This document shows, piece after piece, positions 26,701 through 46,120 of a stretch of 64,000 bases of DNA. Both the position numbers and the translations under genes were made by a program. The first letter of the stretch is position 1. Every line of letters begins with the position of its first letter. Source of the stretch: an uncultured delta proteobacterium (lineage in GTDB: Bacteria; Myxococcota_A; Polyangia; Polyangiales; Polyangiaceae). The notes below the pieces were generated by a model. The model searched no databases. It had not been told where the DNA came from and saw nothing but the letters and a program-made list of their open reading frames with translations. Where the stretch lies: contig CAWAIF010000002.1 of assembly GCA_963782055.1 (NCBI GenBank), forward strand, positions 288,001 through 352,000, read 5' to 3'.

Positions 26701-28486
26701 GGGCCTGGTGGCGCTGCCGGACCACGCGCCCCCCGCCACGGCGAAGCTGGAGATCCCCGCGGCGCTCCCCGTCTCGGCGAGCGCTTACGCCGGCGACGTC
26801 TGGACCGAGGGCGACGAGGTCTCGGTGCGCGTCGCGGTGCGCAACCGCACGGCCGCGCCCCTCCGCGCCACGCTCGACCTGGCCGCCGGCGGCGTCGCGG
26901 CGATCGTCGACCGCGCCGGCCCGCGGCGGACCCTCGACGTCCCGGCGGCCGGCGTCGCCTACCTCCCGGTGCGCGTGCGCGCGGCGCGGACCGGCGAGGC
27001 CAGCCTGCAGGTCCACGTCTCGGCGCCCGGGCACCCGGACGACACGTCTCGCCTCACCTGGCGGGTGAAGCCCTACGCCGAGCCGATCACCACCACGCAG
27101 GCCCGCTGGGTGGAGGGCTCGGCGGACGTGGAGGTCGTCCCCGTCGCGGGTCAACGCTTGACGGGTCAAGCACGCCTGGTGCTGAGCCGCGGCTTCGGCG
27201 ACGCCATCGACGGCGCGCTGCAGGCGCTCGACGCCGACCGGCTCACCGCGCCCACGAGCCTGGCCGACGCCGCCGAGGCGGCGTCGCGCATCGACCGCTT
27301 CGCCGTCAACCACTACGGCGAGGGCTCGGCCCTCCACGCCCGCGCCACCGCCCTGCTGCGCCGCGCGTCGGGGCGGCTGGGCCTGCAGGTCGGCAAGGCC
27401 TCCTCGCGGCCCGACGCGTGGGTGTCCACGCAGCGGCTCATGGCGTACGCCCCGGAGGACCTCCGGCCGAAGCGCAAGAAGGCCGACGCCGAAACATGCC
27501 CCCCCACCAAGCTGGAGCTGCCGGAGCGGGTGGCCGCCCTGGACATCGCGCCCGCGTCGGGCTCGCTGCCGTGCTGGGAGACCTTCATCTCCGAGACGGC
27601 GAGCTCGGTCCACGACACCGACGACCTCGCCCTGCTGGCGCGCGCCATCATCGCCCTGACCCAGCGCGGGGACCGCGCCATGCTCGCCGGAAGCCTCGCC
27701 GAGCGGCTGCGCACGGCCGTCGCGTTGCAGCCCAGCGGAGCGATCCGCTTCGCCGGCAGCCGCGCCGAGCGCGCCACCATCTACGCCGCGCTGCTCGCGT
27801 CCAACCAGCTGGGCAAGACCGCCGTCGCGACCGACCGTCTCTCCGCGTGGATCACCGTCGACCGCGACGCCTCCGGCTCCTTCGGCTCGACGTCCGCCAC
27901 CCTCGCGGTGGTGCGCGCGCTGCTGGGTACGGGCCTGTCCAGCGCGCCGCCCACGCGCGTCACCATCACGGCGGACGGCGGCCCCGCGCGCACCGTCACC
28001 GTCCCCGCCTCCGGATCCATCGTGATGGCGCTGGGCGCCCGCACCACCAAGGTCACCGTCGAGACGCAGGGGCCGGGCATCGTGGCGCGTCTGGAGCGGC
28101 CGCTCCTGCGCTCCTTCGACATGACCCCCGACGTCTCCAGCAGCCCGCTGCGCGTGGAGGTCACCTGGCCGGCCGACGCGCGCGCGGGCAAGCTGGGCAC
28201 CGTCCACCTCGCCATCCGCAACAGCACGGGCGCGGAGGAGGAGCTGCTCACCCGCATCCCGCTGCCGCCGGGCGTGGGCCTCGCCGAGCCGGAGAAGGGC
28301 GTCAAGCAGCTCCAGGGCTCGCTGGTGGTGCGCCGCCGGGTCTCCTCCTACGGCGACGTGGTGGTGGACGTCCCGCTCCGCTTCACCCTCGCCGGGCGCC
28401 TGCGCGTGCCGGAGGGGCGCGTCTACGCGCCGCTGTCGCCCATCCCGCGCGGCATCGCGCCGGCGCGCCCCCTCGTCGTCCGCTGA
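23761..28486 (+). CDS. Large exported alpha-2-macroglobulin-like protein; apparent +1 frameshift at 25285-25289
   Basis: Signal peptide; repeated MG-like TD..G.A motifs; RTDADGHVHFSVPL...TTW, GDEVSVRVAVRN, GSFGSTSAT, IPLPPG. Two ORFs join if one T is removed from GATTC. Confidence 0.72.
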
Positions 28487-28611
28487 GCGCGCGGATTCTC
28501 GCGCGAGCGGCGCGATGGAGGCGCAGAGCCCGCGCCCACGTCGCGATCGGAGCGGAAGACCATGGACTCGCGGGCCGTCAGGGGATAGCTACATGCCCCC
28601 AAGGAGCACCG

Positions 28612-29271
28612 ATGGCTTCTCCCATGACCTTCTGGAGAACGCTCGCCGGCAAGAAGGCCGTCATGGCCGTCACGGGCGTCATCCTCGTTCTGTTCATCAT
28701 CGAGCACATGGCCGGCGATCTGCTTGTCTTCGGCGGCCCGGAGAAGCTCAACGCCTACTCCCACTTCCTCAAGCACACCATCATCGAGGTGACGTGGGTG
28801 CTGCGTGCGGGACTCTTCGTCTCGCTCGTCCTGCACGTCGTCGCGGCCATCCAGGTCGCCGTCGCCTCGCGGGCGGCGCGGCCGGTGGGCTACGCCGTGA
28901 AGAAGGACATCGCGACGAGCTACGCGGCGCGCACCATGCGGTGGACCGGCCCGCTGCTGCTCGTCTACGTCGTCTACCACCTGATGATGTTCACCTTCCT
29001 GACGACGGGCCCGGGCTACAGCTCCACCGACGTCTACCGCAACGTGGTCCTCGCCTTCTCCGTCCCGTGGATCGCCGGCGTCTACGTCGCGGCGATGCTC
29101 ATGCTGGGCCTGCACCTGTACCACGGCACCTGGAGCATGCTTCAGACGCTCGGCGCCGGCCGGGCGAAGCAGCCCGCGCTCCGCCGCACGGTCGCGCCGG
29201 CCTTCGCGATCCTCGTCACGGCCGGGTACGTCTCCATTCCGCTCGCGGTGCTCGCGGGCCTGGTGAAATGA
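28612..29271 (+). CDS. sdhC: Succinate dehydrogenase/fumarate reductase cytochrome b subunit
   Basis: [12 protein letters not shown]...HM.G, LHLYHG.WS..QTLG; His-bearing TM helices; upstream of sdhA. Confidence 0.93.
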   Translation: MASPMTFWRTLAGKKAVMAVTGVILVLFIIEHMAGDLLVFGGPEKLNAYSHFLKHTIIEVTWVLRAGLFVSLVLHVVAAIQVAVASRAARPVGYAVKKDIATSYAARTMRWTGPLLLVYVVYHLMMFTFLTTGPGYSSTDVYRNVVLAFSVPWIAGVYVAAMLMLGLHLYHGTWSMLQTLGAGRAKQPALRRTVAPAFAILVTAGYVSIPLAVLAGLVK

Positions 29272-29284
29272 GGGAGCGCGCGCG

Positions 29285-31197
<1,913 letters not shown>

Positions 31198-31201
<4 letters not shown>

Positions 31202-31965
31202 AGCTCACGTTGAAGATCTGGCGGCAGAGCGGCCCGGAGGACCAGGGCGGCCTGGTCGACTACGAGGTGAAGGACGTCGAGCCGGACATGTCCTTCCTCG
31301 AGATGCTGGACATGCTCAACCAGCGCCTCGTGTTGAAGGGCGAGCGCCCGGTGGCCTTCGACTCCGACTGCCGCGAGGGCATCTGCGGCACGTGCGGCTT
31401 CATGATCGGCGGCGTGGCCCATGGCCCGCTGAAGCTCACGACCACGTGCCAGCTCTTCATGCGCAACTACCGCGACGGCGACACCATCGTCTGCGAGCCC
31501 TTCCGCTCCGCGGCCTTCCCCGTGGTGAAGGACCTGGTGGTGGACAAGAGCTCCTTCGACCGCATCATCCAGGCGGGCGGCTTCATCTCCGCGCGCACCG
31601 GCGCCGCGCCGGAGGCCAACGGCATCCCCATCGCGAAGGCCATCGCCGACCTGGCGATGGACGCGGCCGCGTGCATCGGCTGCGGCGCCTGCGTGGCCGC
31701 CTGCCCGAACGCCTCGGCCACGCTCTTCACCGCCGCCAAGATCTCCCACCTGGCGCTGCTGCCGCAGGGCAAGCCGGAGGCCGCGCAGCGCGCCCTGCGC
31801 ATGGTGGCGCGCATGGACGAGGAGGGCTTCGGCGCCTGCTCCAACCACGGCGAGTGCGAGGCCGTCTGCCCGAAGGGCATCTCCCTGGCCTTCATCGCCA
31901 AGGCGAACCGCGAGTACCTGAAGGCCGTCGCGACCGAGGAGCCCGAGCCCCTCATGCGCGTGTGA
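31198..31965 (+). CDS. sdhB: Succinate dehydrogenase/fumarate reductase iron-sulfur subunit
   Basis: [39 protein letters not shown] overlap with sdhA. Confidence 0.97.
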
Positions 31966-31971
31966 GCGACC

Positions 31972-33840
31972 TCACTTTCCGAAGAGCTTCTTGAACAGGC
32001 TCGGCTTCTCCGCGGACCTCTTCTCGCCCTTCGCGGGCTTGAGTGAGCCGCCGCGCATCTCGAAGAGGCGCACCTCCCGCTGCGCGTCGATGTTCTTCGG
32101 GTCCAGCTTGATGACGCTCTTGAAGTCCTCGAACGCGCGGGCGTCCTTGCCGATACGCTTGTGGAGCATGCCGCGGTAGAAGTGGGCGCGCGCGCACCGC
32201 GGGTTGAGGGCGATGGCGCGGTTGAGCATGTCGATCTTCTTGTCGGTCGCCTCCGGCGCCTGCGCCTCCGGCCGCATGGACTCCAGCCAGGCGAGCAGGG
32301 CCAGGTAGTCGGCCTGCTGCGGGTCGAGCTGGTGCGCCCGGCGAGCCAGCGCCTCCGCCTGCGCGGTGTCGTTCTTCTTGAGGCAGATGTCCGCCTTCTG
32401 GAACTCCACCGTCGCCGTCAGCACGGCGTTGATCTCCTCCTGCTGCTCCGGCGTCTCGCCGCCCTCCTTCATCAGGGTGAGGTAGTCCGCGCGCCGCTCT
32501 GCGTCCGCGAGCGTCTGGTGCGCCTCGCTCATGCGCGCGAAGACGCGCGCGCACGAGTCCTTCACGTCGGCCAGCGCGGAGGGGAGGCGATCGGGGTGCC
32601 AGGTCTTCGCCAGGGCGAAGTACGCGTTCTTCACCTGGTCGGCGGTGGCGTTCTGCGTCACGCCGAGCATCTCGAAGTAGTTCTCGCGGTCGATCACCCT
32701 GGCGCGCTCGGTGATCTCGATGCGACGCGCCTCGTAGTCCGGCGGCGGCGCGGCGGGGGCCGGCTTGGGAGGTGGCGGGGCCGGCTTGGCGGCGGGGGCG
32801 GGCGGCGGCGCGGGCTGGGCGGGCGCCGTCTGCGGGGAGGAGACCTGGGGCACGCCGTGCGGCGGCGAGGCGCGGTGGTCCTTCGACCGGTTCGCGACGA
32901 GCTCCTCCACCGCCGAGTAGCTGCGCGAGAGCGCCTTCGACTTCAGCGCCACACGCCCCACCGCGTTGCGCGGGCTGGACGGCGCGGCGCTCATCGCGGG
33001 CTGCGACGGCTCGGGACGCACGGCGCCGCGCAGCTCCGGCGGCACCATCAGGCGGCTGGACGAGGGCTCCGGCTCGATCTCCACGCCGTCGGTGGCGACG
33101 ATCTCGATCTGCTTGGCGATCGCCAGGCAGTAGATCAAGAGCCGGGTCGTGCGCTCGCCCACGCCCTCCGCCTGCATGATCAGGTCGTCGAGCGACATGG
33201 GCCGCACCCGCAGCAGGTCGAGCAGGCGGCGCTCGTCGGGCAGCAGGCCGAAGCGCTCGAGCTGCGCGGTGCGCGCGAGGCGGATGTGACCCTCCCGGAC
33301 GCGCGCGAGCGCCGCGGCGGCGTGCGCCTCGCTGGCGTGCTCGCGGATGCCCGACCACACAGTGGGCATGGGGTCGATGGGGAGCGGGTCGCCGCCCCAA
33401 TTCACCAGGCCGTCGTAGTGGCTGTAGAAGGCGAAGGTCGTCTCGGCGTCCCACAGGAAGAGCTCACCCAGCTTGCGCATGAGCTGGGCGCGCAGCCCCT
33501 GGGCGACGCCCACGATGTCGATCGCCCCGCTCCCGAGCAGGATCTCGCCGTGTAGCTTCCGGGTGCTGGACATCTCGCGCAGCGACGCGTCGAGCTGCGC
33601 GGCGGAGATGAGCCCGATCTCCAGCAGCACCTGTCCGAGGTAGATCGGCGGCGCGCTCAGCCGGGCCTTGGAGGGCCGACCGCCCTGCACCAGCAGCGTC
33701 GCGTTCGCCCCGCTCGGCGAGACGAAGTCGAAGGTGCCGGTGAGCTGGCGGTCGTGGGCATACACCACCAGGTGCGCGAACGGCGTGCGCGCGAGCTGCC
33801 CCGTGGACGTGGGCGGTGTAGGGCGATCCTCGGACGACAT
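31972..33840 (-). CDS. DUF4388-like + J domain (HPD) + TPR protein
   Basis: GQLARTPFAHL...LTGTF...LGQVLLE; NYFEMLGV...VKNAYFALAKTWHPDR; C-terminal TPRs. Confidence 0.87.
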   Translation of the reverse strand: MSSEDRPTPPTSTGQLARTPFAHLVVYAHDRQLTGTFDFVSPSGANATLLVQGGRPSKARLSAPPIYLGQVLLEIGLISAAQLDASLREMSSTRKLHGEILLGSGAIDIVGVAQGLRAQLMRKLGELFLWDAETTFAFYSHYDGLVNWGGDPLPIDPMPTVWSGIREHASEAHAAAALARVREGHIRLARTAQLERFGLLPDERRLLDLLRVRPMSLDDLIMQAEGVGERTTRLLIYCLAIAKQIEIVATDGVEIEPEPSSSRLMVPPELRGAVRPEPSQPAMSAAPSSPRNAVGRVALKSKALSRSYSAVEELVANRSKDHRASPPHGVPQVSSPQTAPAQPAPPPAPAAKPAPPPPKPAPAAPPPDYEARRIEITERARVIDRENYFEMLGVTQNATADQVKNAYFALAKTWHPDRLPSALADVKDSCARVFARMSEAHQTLADAERRADYLTLMKEGGETPEQQEEINAVLTATVEFQKADICLKKNDTAQAEALARRAHQLDPQQADYLALLAWLESMRPEAQAPEATDKKIDMLNRAIALNPRCARAHFYRGMLHKRIGKDARAFEDFKSVIKLDPKNIDAQREVRLFEMRGGSLKPAKGEKRSAEKPSLFKKLFGK

Positions 33841-33995
33841 CACCTGGCCTGCGCCCCTCGCCGCCGATGCAGCGGACGGACGGACGCATCAGGCAGCATA
33901 CACGCCGCTGCTCCCCGGGCGAAGCCTCGATGGCCCGAGGCTCATGCGGCGCCCGAGTCCCCCAACGGGCCCGGTGTGTGGCATTCTACCCGTCC

Positions 33996-38466
<4,471 letters not shown>

Positions 38467-38509
38467 GCCCGGGCCGGCGGCCGGCCAACGGAGCGAAGGG
38501 TATGACGAG

Positions 38510-39790
38510 ATGACCCAAGGACAGACCTCGCCGCGCCGTGTGGCGATGATCCTCTCCGGGGGCGGAGCGCGCGGGGCCTACGAGGTAGGTGTCCTCTCGT
38601 ACCTCTACGACGATCTGACGCGCCTGCTCGGCGGGCCGCCCAAGCTCGACATCATCTCCGGCACGAGCGTGGGCGCCATCAACGGCTGCTTCCTCGCCGC
38701 GCACCTCGCCGACCCTGTCCTGGGCATGCGCCGCCTCGTCGGCCTCTGGACCGAGCTGGAGCTCACCCGCGTCCTCGGGTTCGGCGTGCGGCAGCTCGTC
38801 GGCCTCCCGCGGCTCGCCCTCGGCGGCGGCGGGGAGGGCAACGGCCTCTTCGACGTGCGGCCCATGGCGGAGCTGGTCTCGCGCGAGATCAGCTGGCGCG
38901 CCGTCACCCGCAGCCTGCGCAAGCGGCAGCTCCGCGCCCTGAGCGTCTCCACCACCGAGGTCTCGACCGGCCGCACCGTGGTCTTCATGCAGACCTCGCC
39001 GGATCTCACCATCCCGGCGCACGCCCCGCCGCGCACCCTCTTCCGGCACGACCACATCGGCCCGCACCACGCGCTGGCGAGCGCCGCCATCCCGCTGCTC
39101 TTCCCGCCCGTCCGCATCGACGACGAGCTGTACCTGGACGGCGGCCTTCGCCAGAACACCCCCATCGCCCCCGCGCTGCGTCTCGGCGCCACCCACATCT
39201 TCGCCATCGGCGGCTCGCGCGAGGTGCGCGGCCTGGTCAAGAGCGAGGAGGGTCCCCACATGAGCCGCTCGCCCGGCGCGGCCTTCTTGCTGGGCAAGGT
39301 GCTCAACGCCTTCCTCCTCGATCACATCGACGTGGACATCGAGCTCTTGACGCGCGTCAACAACGTCATCGCCGACGGCACCCGCGCCTACGGCGAGGGA
39401 TTCACCGAGGGCCTCACCGCGCAGGCGCAGCGCCGCGGCGCGCCGCCGTACCGCTACGTCAACTGCTTCGCCCTCCGGCCGAGCGAGGACATCGGCCGCA
39501 TGGCGTCGCTCCACGTGCGCCGCGGCCGCTTCAAGGGCGACCCCTTCGTCACCAAGAAGATCCTCTCCCTGCTCGACCTGGGCGTCGGCACCGAGGCGGA
39601 CCTCTCCTCCTACCTCATGTTCGACGGCCAGTTCTGCCGCCAGCTCATCGAGCTCGGCCGCGCCGACGCGCGCGCCCGCCGCCACGAGATGATCGCCTTC
39701 TTCGAGGGCGGGGATGAGCCCGGCCCGCCCATCGACCCGGAGGAGAGCGGCGCCTGGACGATGCCCTCGACCTTCCCTCTCGGCACCTGA
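38510..39790 (+). CDS. Patatin-like phospholipase
   Basis: LSGGGARGAY, GTSVG (GxSxG), ASAAIP, YLDGG. Confidence 0.94.
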   Translation: MTQGQTSPRRVAMILSGGGARGAYEVGVLSYLYDDLTRLLGGPPKLDIISGTSVGAINGCFLAAHLADPVLGMRRLVGLWTELELTRVLGFGVRQLVGLPRLALGGGGEGNGLFDVRPMAELVSREISWRAVTRSLRKRQLRALSVSTTEVSTGRTVVFMQTSPDLTIPAHAPPRTLFRHDHIGPHHALASAAIPLLFPPVRIDDELYLDGGLRQNTPIAPALRLGATHIFAIGGSREVRGLVKSEEGPHMSRSPGAAFLLGKVLNAFLLDHIDVDIELLTRVNNVIADGTRAYGEGFTEGLTAQAQRRGAPPYRYVNCFALRPSEDIGRMASLHVRRGRFKGDPFVTKKILSLLDLGVGTEADLSSYLMFDGQFCRQLIELGRADARARRHEMIAFFEGGDEPGPPIDPEESGAWTMPSTFPLGT

Positions 39791-39792
39791 CC

Positions 39793-40344
39793 GTGACGCC
39801 GCGTCGACCTCGCCGGGTGCCCTCCGCCGCCACCCTCGCCGCGGCGCTGCTCGCGGCGTCCGCGTGCCACAAGCCGCCGGACCCCGCGCCGGGCGCCGCC
39901 TCCGCACCGGCGTCCGCCGTGGCCTCCGCGCCCGCCTCCGCGCCCGGCGCGCGACCGAAGCGCGAGAAGGTCGACGCCGCGGAGGTGCGCGTCCCGCCGG
40001 GCAAGTCGCAGCTCCACGTCGCCTGGGACCTGCCGGAGGGCACCGGCATCAACGACGAGGCCCCCTTCAGCGTGCGCTGGACGGCCAGCGACGGCCTGCT
40101 GGAGACGCCCACCGACATCAAGGGTCTGGGCAAGGAGGTCGCGCGCGGCTTCGACATCCCCATCGCCCTGATGAAGGACTCCCCCGGCGGCATGCTCTCC
40201 GGCGATCTGGACCTGGTCGTGTGCGACGTCGCCACCCACGCCGTGTGCGTCCCGCTCCACCACCGCCTGGAGCTCACCTTCGCCGTACAGGCCGGCGCCC
40301 CGGCCGGCCAGGTCCACCTCCCGCTCCCCCAGGCGAAGCAGTGA
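39793..40344 (+). CDS. Lipoprotein with possible DsbD N-terminal-like domain
   Basis: Lipobox ASAC; C-terminal VVCDVATHAVCVP Cys pair in a beta-rich domain. Confidence 0.55.
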   Translation: MTPRRPRRVPSAATLAAALLAASACHKPPDPAPGAASAPASAVASAPASAPGARPKREKVDAAEVRVPPGKSQLHVAWDLPEGTGINDEAPFSVRWTASDGLLETPTDIKGLGKEVARGFDIPIALMKDSPGGMLSGDLDLVVCDVATHAVCVPLHHRLELTFAVQAGAPAGQVHLPLPQAKQ

Positions 40345-40403
40345 TCGGAGGCCGCCAGCCGCGCACCGGCGTGGATGGAGGCCCCCCGCGAAGCGAGGTA
40401 TAA

Positions 40404-42428
<2,025 letters not shown>

Positions 42429-42437
42429 GCTCGCGCC

Positions 42438-43568
42438 ATGACGGACGCCTACGCACCGACGGTCGACCCCCACGCGGCCGCCCTCTCGCGCCTCCTCTCC
42501 ATGGTCGCCGAGGAAGCCATCTTCGGTCTCTCCGCCGCCCTGGGCAACGCCAACGACGCCCTCGCGGAGCTCGGCAAGCGCCGCAAGGAGGTGCACGCGG
42601 CGGCCGCCGCCGGCCAGCCCGTCATCCGCATGACCGAGTCCTTCGATCAGTGGATCGTCGAGATGTCCCGCGCGATGGCGTCCATCAGCCCGCCCTCGTG
42701 GATGCCCATGGCGGAGGTGCTCCGCGAGAAGGTCACCCTGGAGATCGGCGCGCGCGGCCTGCGCTCCCTCTTCTCCTCCAAGCCGAGCGACAAGGACGTG
42801 CAGCGCGTCAAGCGCCTGGGCACCCTCGCGGTGCGCGTGCTGCGCGCGGTCTTCGCCTCCGATGGTCCGGTCGACGCCGAGGAGGCGCGCACCCTCGCGT
42901 CGCTCATCGGCTCGCTCGGCCTGCCGGAGGCCGACGCCGCGCCCCTCTACACCGAGGCCCCCGTCGCCATCGAGCAGGTCGAGCTCTACGGCGAGATCGA
43001 GCCCTCCGTCGCGCGCGCCATCCTCCGCGGCGCCTGGCTCGCCGCCGCGTGGGACGCCCTGGACCCGCCCGAGGAGCAGGTCATCCGCGCTCTCTCCACC
43101 AAGCTCAACATCCAGCTCAACGACGTCGAGTACATGCGCAACGAGGCCATCGCCCGCGTGGACGCGCGCCGCATGGTGGGCCTCGCCACCGTCGACGCCG
43201 TCCGCTTCATGCTCTCCGATCGCGTGCCCGGCCAAGGCACCAAGCTCGCGGCCGACGCCGGCGCCCTCATGCTCCCGCGCCGCTACCGGGAGGAGGCGCT
43301 CGCCCAGGTCACGCAGAACACGCCGGTCGCCCTCACGCAGCGCTACAAGGGCATCTCCGGCGACGAGAAGACGAGCGTCCTCGGCATCGCCTGGGCCGCC
43401 GCCCTGGTGGAGGACCCGAGCGTGTCGCGCCAGGCGCTCCTGCGCGCGCGCCTGGATCGCCTCGCGCAGGACCTCGGCGAGAAGGCCGACGGCGCGCGCA
43501 AGATCGTCGACGAGATGGTCTGGGCCTGCCTCGCCGACGCGGCCGCGACGACGGTGCGTGCGTCGTGA
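42438..43568 (+). CDS. Hypothetical protein, possibly with TerB-like helical domains
   Basis: Clean ORF between ligA and proC; ASDGPVDAEE and WDALDPPEE resemble TerB-like motifs (weak). Confidence 0.65.
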   Translation: MTDAYAPTVDPHAAALSRLLSMVAEEAIFGLSAALGNANDALAELGKRRKEVHAAAAAGQPVIRMTESFDQWIVEMSRAMASISPPSWMPMAEVLREKVTLEIGARGLRSLFSSKPSDKDVQRVKRLGTLAVRVLRAVFASDGPVDAEEARTLASLIGSLGLPEADAAPLYTEAPVAIEQVELYGEIEPSVARAILRGAWLAAAWDALDPPEEQVIRALSTKLNIQLNDVEYMRNEAIARVDARRMVGLATVDAVRFMLSDRVPGQGTKLAADAGALMLPRRYREEALAQVTQNTPVALTQRYKGISGDEKTSVLGIAWAAALVEDPSVSRQALLRARLDRLAQDLGEKADGARKIVDEMVWACLADAAATTVRAS

Positions 43569-44398
43569 AGGGCAAGACCATCGGCTTCCTCGGCGCCGGC
43601 AACATGGCGGGCGCCCTCATCAAGGGCCTGCTGCACTCGCAGACCCTCGCGGCCGACGCCATCATCGCGAGCGACGTCAAGCCGGACCGCCTGCGCCAGC
43701 TCCACGAGGAGCACGGCATCCGCACCACGCCGGACAACCACGCCCTGGTCCGCGCCGCGGGCGTCATCGTCCTGTCCGTCAAGCCGCAGGTCATCGACAA
43801 GGTCCTCTCCGCCATCGCGCCGGACGTGCGCGCCGATCAGCTCGTCGTCTCGGTCGCCGCCGGCGTCCCCGTCTCGGTGCTGGAGGCGCGCCTCCCCACC
43901 GGCACCCACGTCGTGCGGGCGATGCCCAACACCCCGGCGATCGTCCTCGCCGGCGCGACGGCCATCGCTCCCGGTACGCACGCGACCGACGAGGACATGG
44001 CGATCGCCCGGGCCCTCTTCGAGGCGGTCGGCAGGGTCGTCGCCCTGGAGGAGACGCTGCTCGACGCGGTCACCGGCCTCTCCGGCAGCGGTCCGGCGTA
44101 CGTCATGCTGATGATCGAGGCCCTCGCCGACGGCGGCGTGAAGGTCGGCCTGCACCGCGACACCGCGCTGCTGCTCGCGGCGCAGACGGTCTACGGCTCG
44201 GCGAAGCTCCTGCTGGAGACAGGCGAGCACCCCGGCCGCCTGAAGGACCAGGTGACGAGCCCCGGCGGCACCGCCATCGCCGGCCTGCACACCCTGGAGT
44301 CCGGCGGCCTGCGCCGCACCCTCATCGACGCCGTGGAGACCGCCACCAAGCGCGCCGCCGAGCTGGGCGAGCAGATGGCGAGCAAGATCCAGAAGTGA
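43565..44398 (+). CDS. proC: Pyrroline-5-carboxylate reductase
   Basis: IGFLGAGNMA, SVKPQ, RAMPNTP, TGLSGSGPAY, VTSPGGTAIAG; GTGA overlap. Confidence 0.97.
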   Translation: MKGKTIGFLGAGNMAGALIKGLLHSQTLAADAIIASDVKPDRLRQLHEEHGIRTTPDNHALVRAAGVIVLSVKPQVIDKVLSAIAPDVRADQLVVSVAAGVPVSVLEARLPTGTHVVRAMPNTPAIVLAGATAIAPGTHATDEDMAIARALFEAVGRVVALEETLLDAVTGLSGSGPAYVMLMIEALADGGVKVGLHRDTALLLAAQTVYGSAKLLLETGEHPGRLKDQVTSPGGTAIAGLHTLESGGLRRTLIDAVETATKRAAELGEQMASKIQK

Positions 44399-44401
44399 TC
44401 G

Positions 44402-44851
44402 CTACTGCGTGGTGCAGCGGTTCTCGTTGACCTGCACGCACACCGCGTACTCGGTCTGCCCGTCCAGGAGCTGCGCCGCCTGCGCGCACGAGGTCGCCAC
44501 GCCGATGGGGCACAGCTCGCCGTAGCACGCGCACTCCAGATCGATGACGCCCGCCTGCGGGCGGAAGCCGCAGTCGGGGTAGATGTCGTGGTCCACGACG
44601 ACGTCGGGGCACGCCGTGATCGCGGTGCAGAGCGTCGCGCCGGTGTACGGGTCCTGTCCGCAGTCGATGCCCTGGGACGTCGTCGCCGCGTCGCCCGCAG
44701 TTCCCGCCGCGCTGTCGCTCGAGGTGCCGCCGTCGCTCGAGGTGCCGCCGTCGCTCGACGTCCCCGCGTCCTTGGGCGAGCCGGTGCCCAGGTTGAAGCC
44801 GATGCAAGAGCACAACCCGAGCGCGGCGAGCGAGGACCAGAGGGCGCGCAT
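44402..44851 (-). CDS. Small Cys-rich lipoprotein
   Basis: MRALWSSLAALGLCSC leader; TSSDGG repeats; Cys-rich C-terminal domain. Confidence 0.75.
   Translation of the reverse strand: MRALWSSLAALGLCSCIGFNLGTGSPKDAGTSSDGGTSSDGGTSSDSAAGTAGDAATTSQGIDCGQDPYTGATLCTAITACPDVVVDHDIYPDCGFRPQAGVIDLECACYGELCPIGVATSCAQAAQLLDGQTEYAVCVQVNENRCTTQ
44714..44758. repeat. 18-bp coding tandem repeat (TSSDGG), 2.5 copies
   Basis: gtcgctcgaggtgccgcc at 44714 and 44732, partial at 44750. Confidence 0.85.
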
Positions 44852-44898
44852 GGTCGACGCATGCACCCCCGCGCCGCCGCGGGCCAAGTTTGTTGCGC

Positions 44899-46062
44899 TC
44901 AGGTGGCCAGCAGCGACGAGGGCGGACGGAAATCGGCGGGCACGCCCGCCAGCCCGCGCTCGAGCATGTCCTCCCAGTAGCGCGTCCCGAGCTGCACGGC
45001 GTAGGCGTCCAGCAAGGACGAGAGCGAGCGGACGCGCTCCACCGCGGCGATCACCCCGCGGAGCGCCGGGAACAGCGGCGTGAGGCGCGAGCGCGGGATG
45101 CCCAGCTTGTCGGCGAGCTCCGCGCCGAGCAGCCGCCGGCTGATCCCCCGCGCCACGGGCGCCATCCTCGCGGCGCGCCGGCGCTCCGCGTCGGTCCGCG
45201 CGCGCCTCCGGCCCACCTCCATCAGCGCGGCCGTCAGCGCTCGCGAGTCGGCGTCGGGCTCGCCCTGCGTGCGCACGATGAGGTCGGCGAGCTTCAGCCC
45301 ATCCTGCTCCGTCGGCGGCAAGAGCTCGGGGTCCACACCCAGCACGCTGCCGACGTAGCGCCAGAGCTGCACGTAGCGCTGCGCCTCCGCCACCGTCACG
45401 CGGAAGCCGAGCTTGCGCAGGCCGGCCAGCACCACCAGAGAGAAGAGCATCGTCGTCGCGACCATGTCGTGCTGGTTGATGGGCGCGCCCCACGCGTCGG
45501 CGTCCCAGCGGCCGGAGTCCTCCAGCAGCCGCCGCACATGCGCGTGCACCAGGCGCACGCGCACCGCGATGCAGAAGCCGTCGGCGCCGCGGCGCATCCC
45601 GCCGGGCAGACACACCGCGTGCACGAAGCGCCCCGTCTCGGTCAGCCGCCGGGGTGCCTGCTCCATCAAGCGTCCGCTCATGGCGAGCGGCTTGTTGCCC
45701 CCGGGCGACGCGTAGCCGTACGGCAGCGACTGCAACCCCAGGATGAGCCCGCCGAAGTACCCGGCGCGCAGCAGCACCTCGCCGCCGCGGTCGAGCGTCC
45801 CCCAGTCCACCCACGGCGGCACGCGCTCCACCGCCTCGAAGAGCGCGCGCACCGCGGGGTGCGCGTCGGGCACGCTCGCGACGCCGCGCGCCAGGGCCGC
45901 CTCCACCTGTCGCCAGCCGGCGCCGGGGGGCATCTCGTCGAAGGCGGAGACCACCGCGTCGGCGAGCGGGTCGGTGCGCAGGAGGTACGGCGCGAGCCTG
46001 TCGACGCGGTCTCCGTGCGCCGCGCGCGCGGCCGTCGTGGCGAGGAAGCGGGTCGGGATCAC
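44899..46062 (-). CDS. MpaB/Lcp-like oxygenase family protein (DUF2236)
   Basis: DPLAD, PPWVDW, RRLTET, VRVRLVHAHVRR, WGAPINQHDM, LWRYVG. Confidence 0.85.
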   Translation of the reverse strand: MIPTRFLATTAARAAHGDRVDRLAPYLLRTDPLADAVVSAFDEMPPGAGWRQVEAALARGVASVPDAHPAVRALFEAVERVPPWVDWGTLDRGGEVLLRAGYFGGLILGLQSLPYGYASPGGNKPLAMSGRLMEQAPRRLTETGRFVHAVCLPGGMRRGADGFCIAVRVRLVHAHVRRLLEDSGRWDADAWGAPINQHDMVATTMLFSLVVLAGLRKLGFRVTVAEAQRYVQLWRYVGSVLGVDPELLPPTEQDGLKLADLIVRTQGEPDADSRALTAALMEVGRRRARTDAERRRAARMAPVARGISRRLLGAELADKLGIPRSRLTPLFPALRGVIAAVERVRSLSSLLDAYAVQLGTRYWEDMLERGLAGVPADFRPPSSLLAT

Positions 46063-46120
46063 CAACGCTTCTTCTATACGACGGTTCGCGCGCCCGTTCG
46101 AGCGCCTCGACCGCGGCGCG

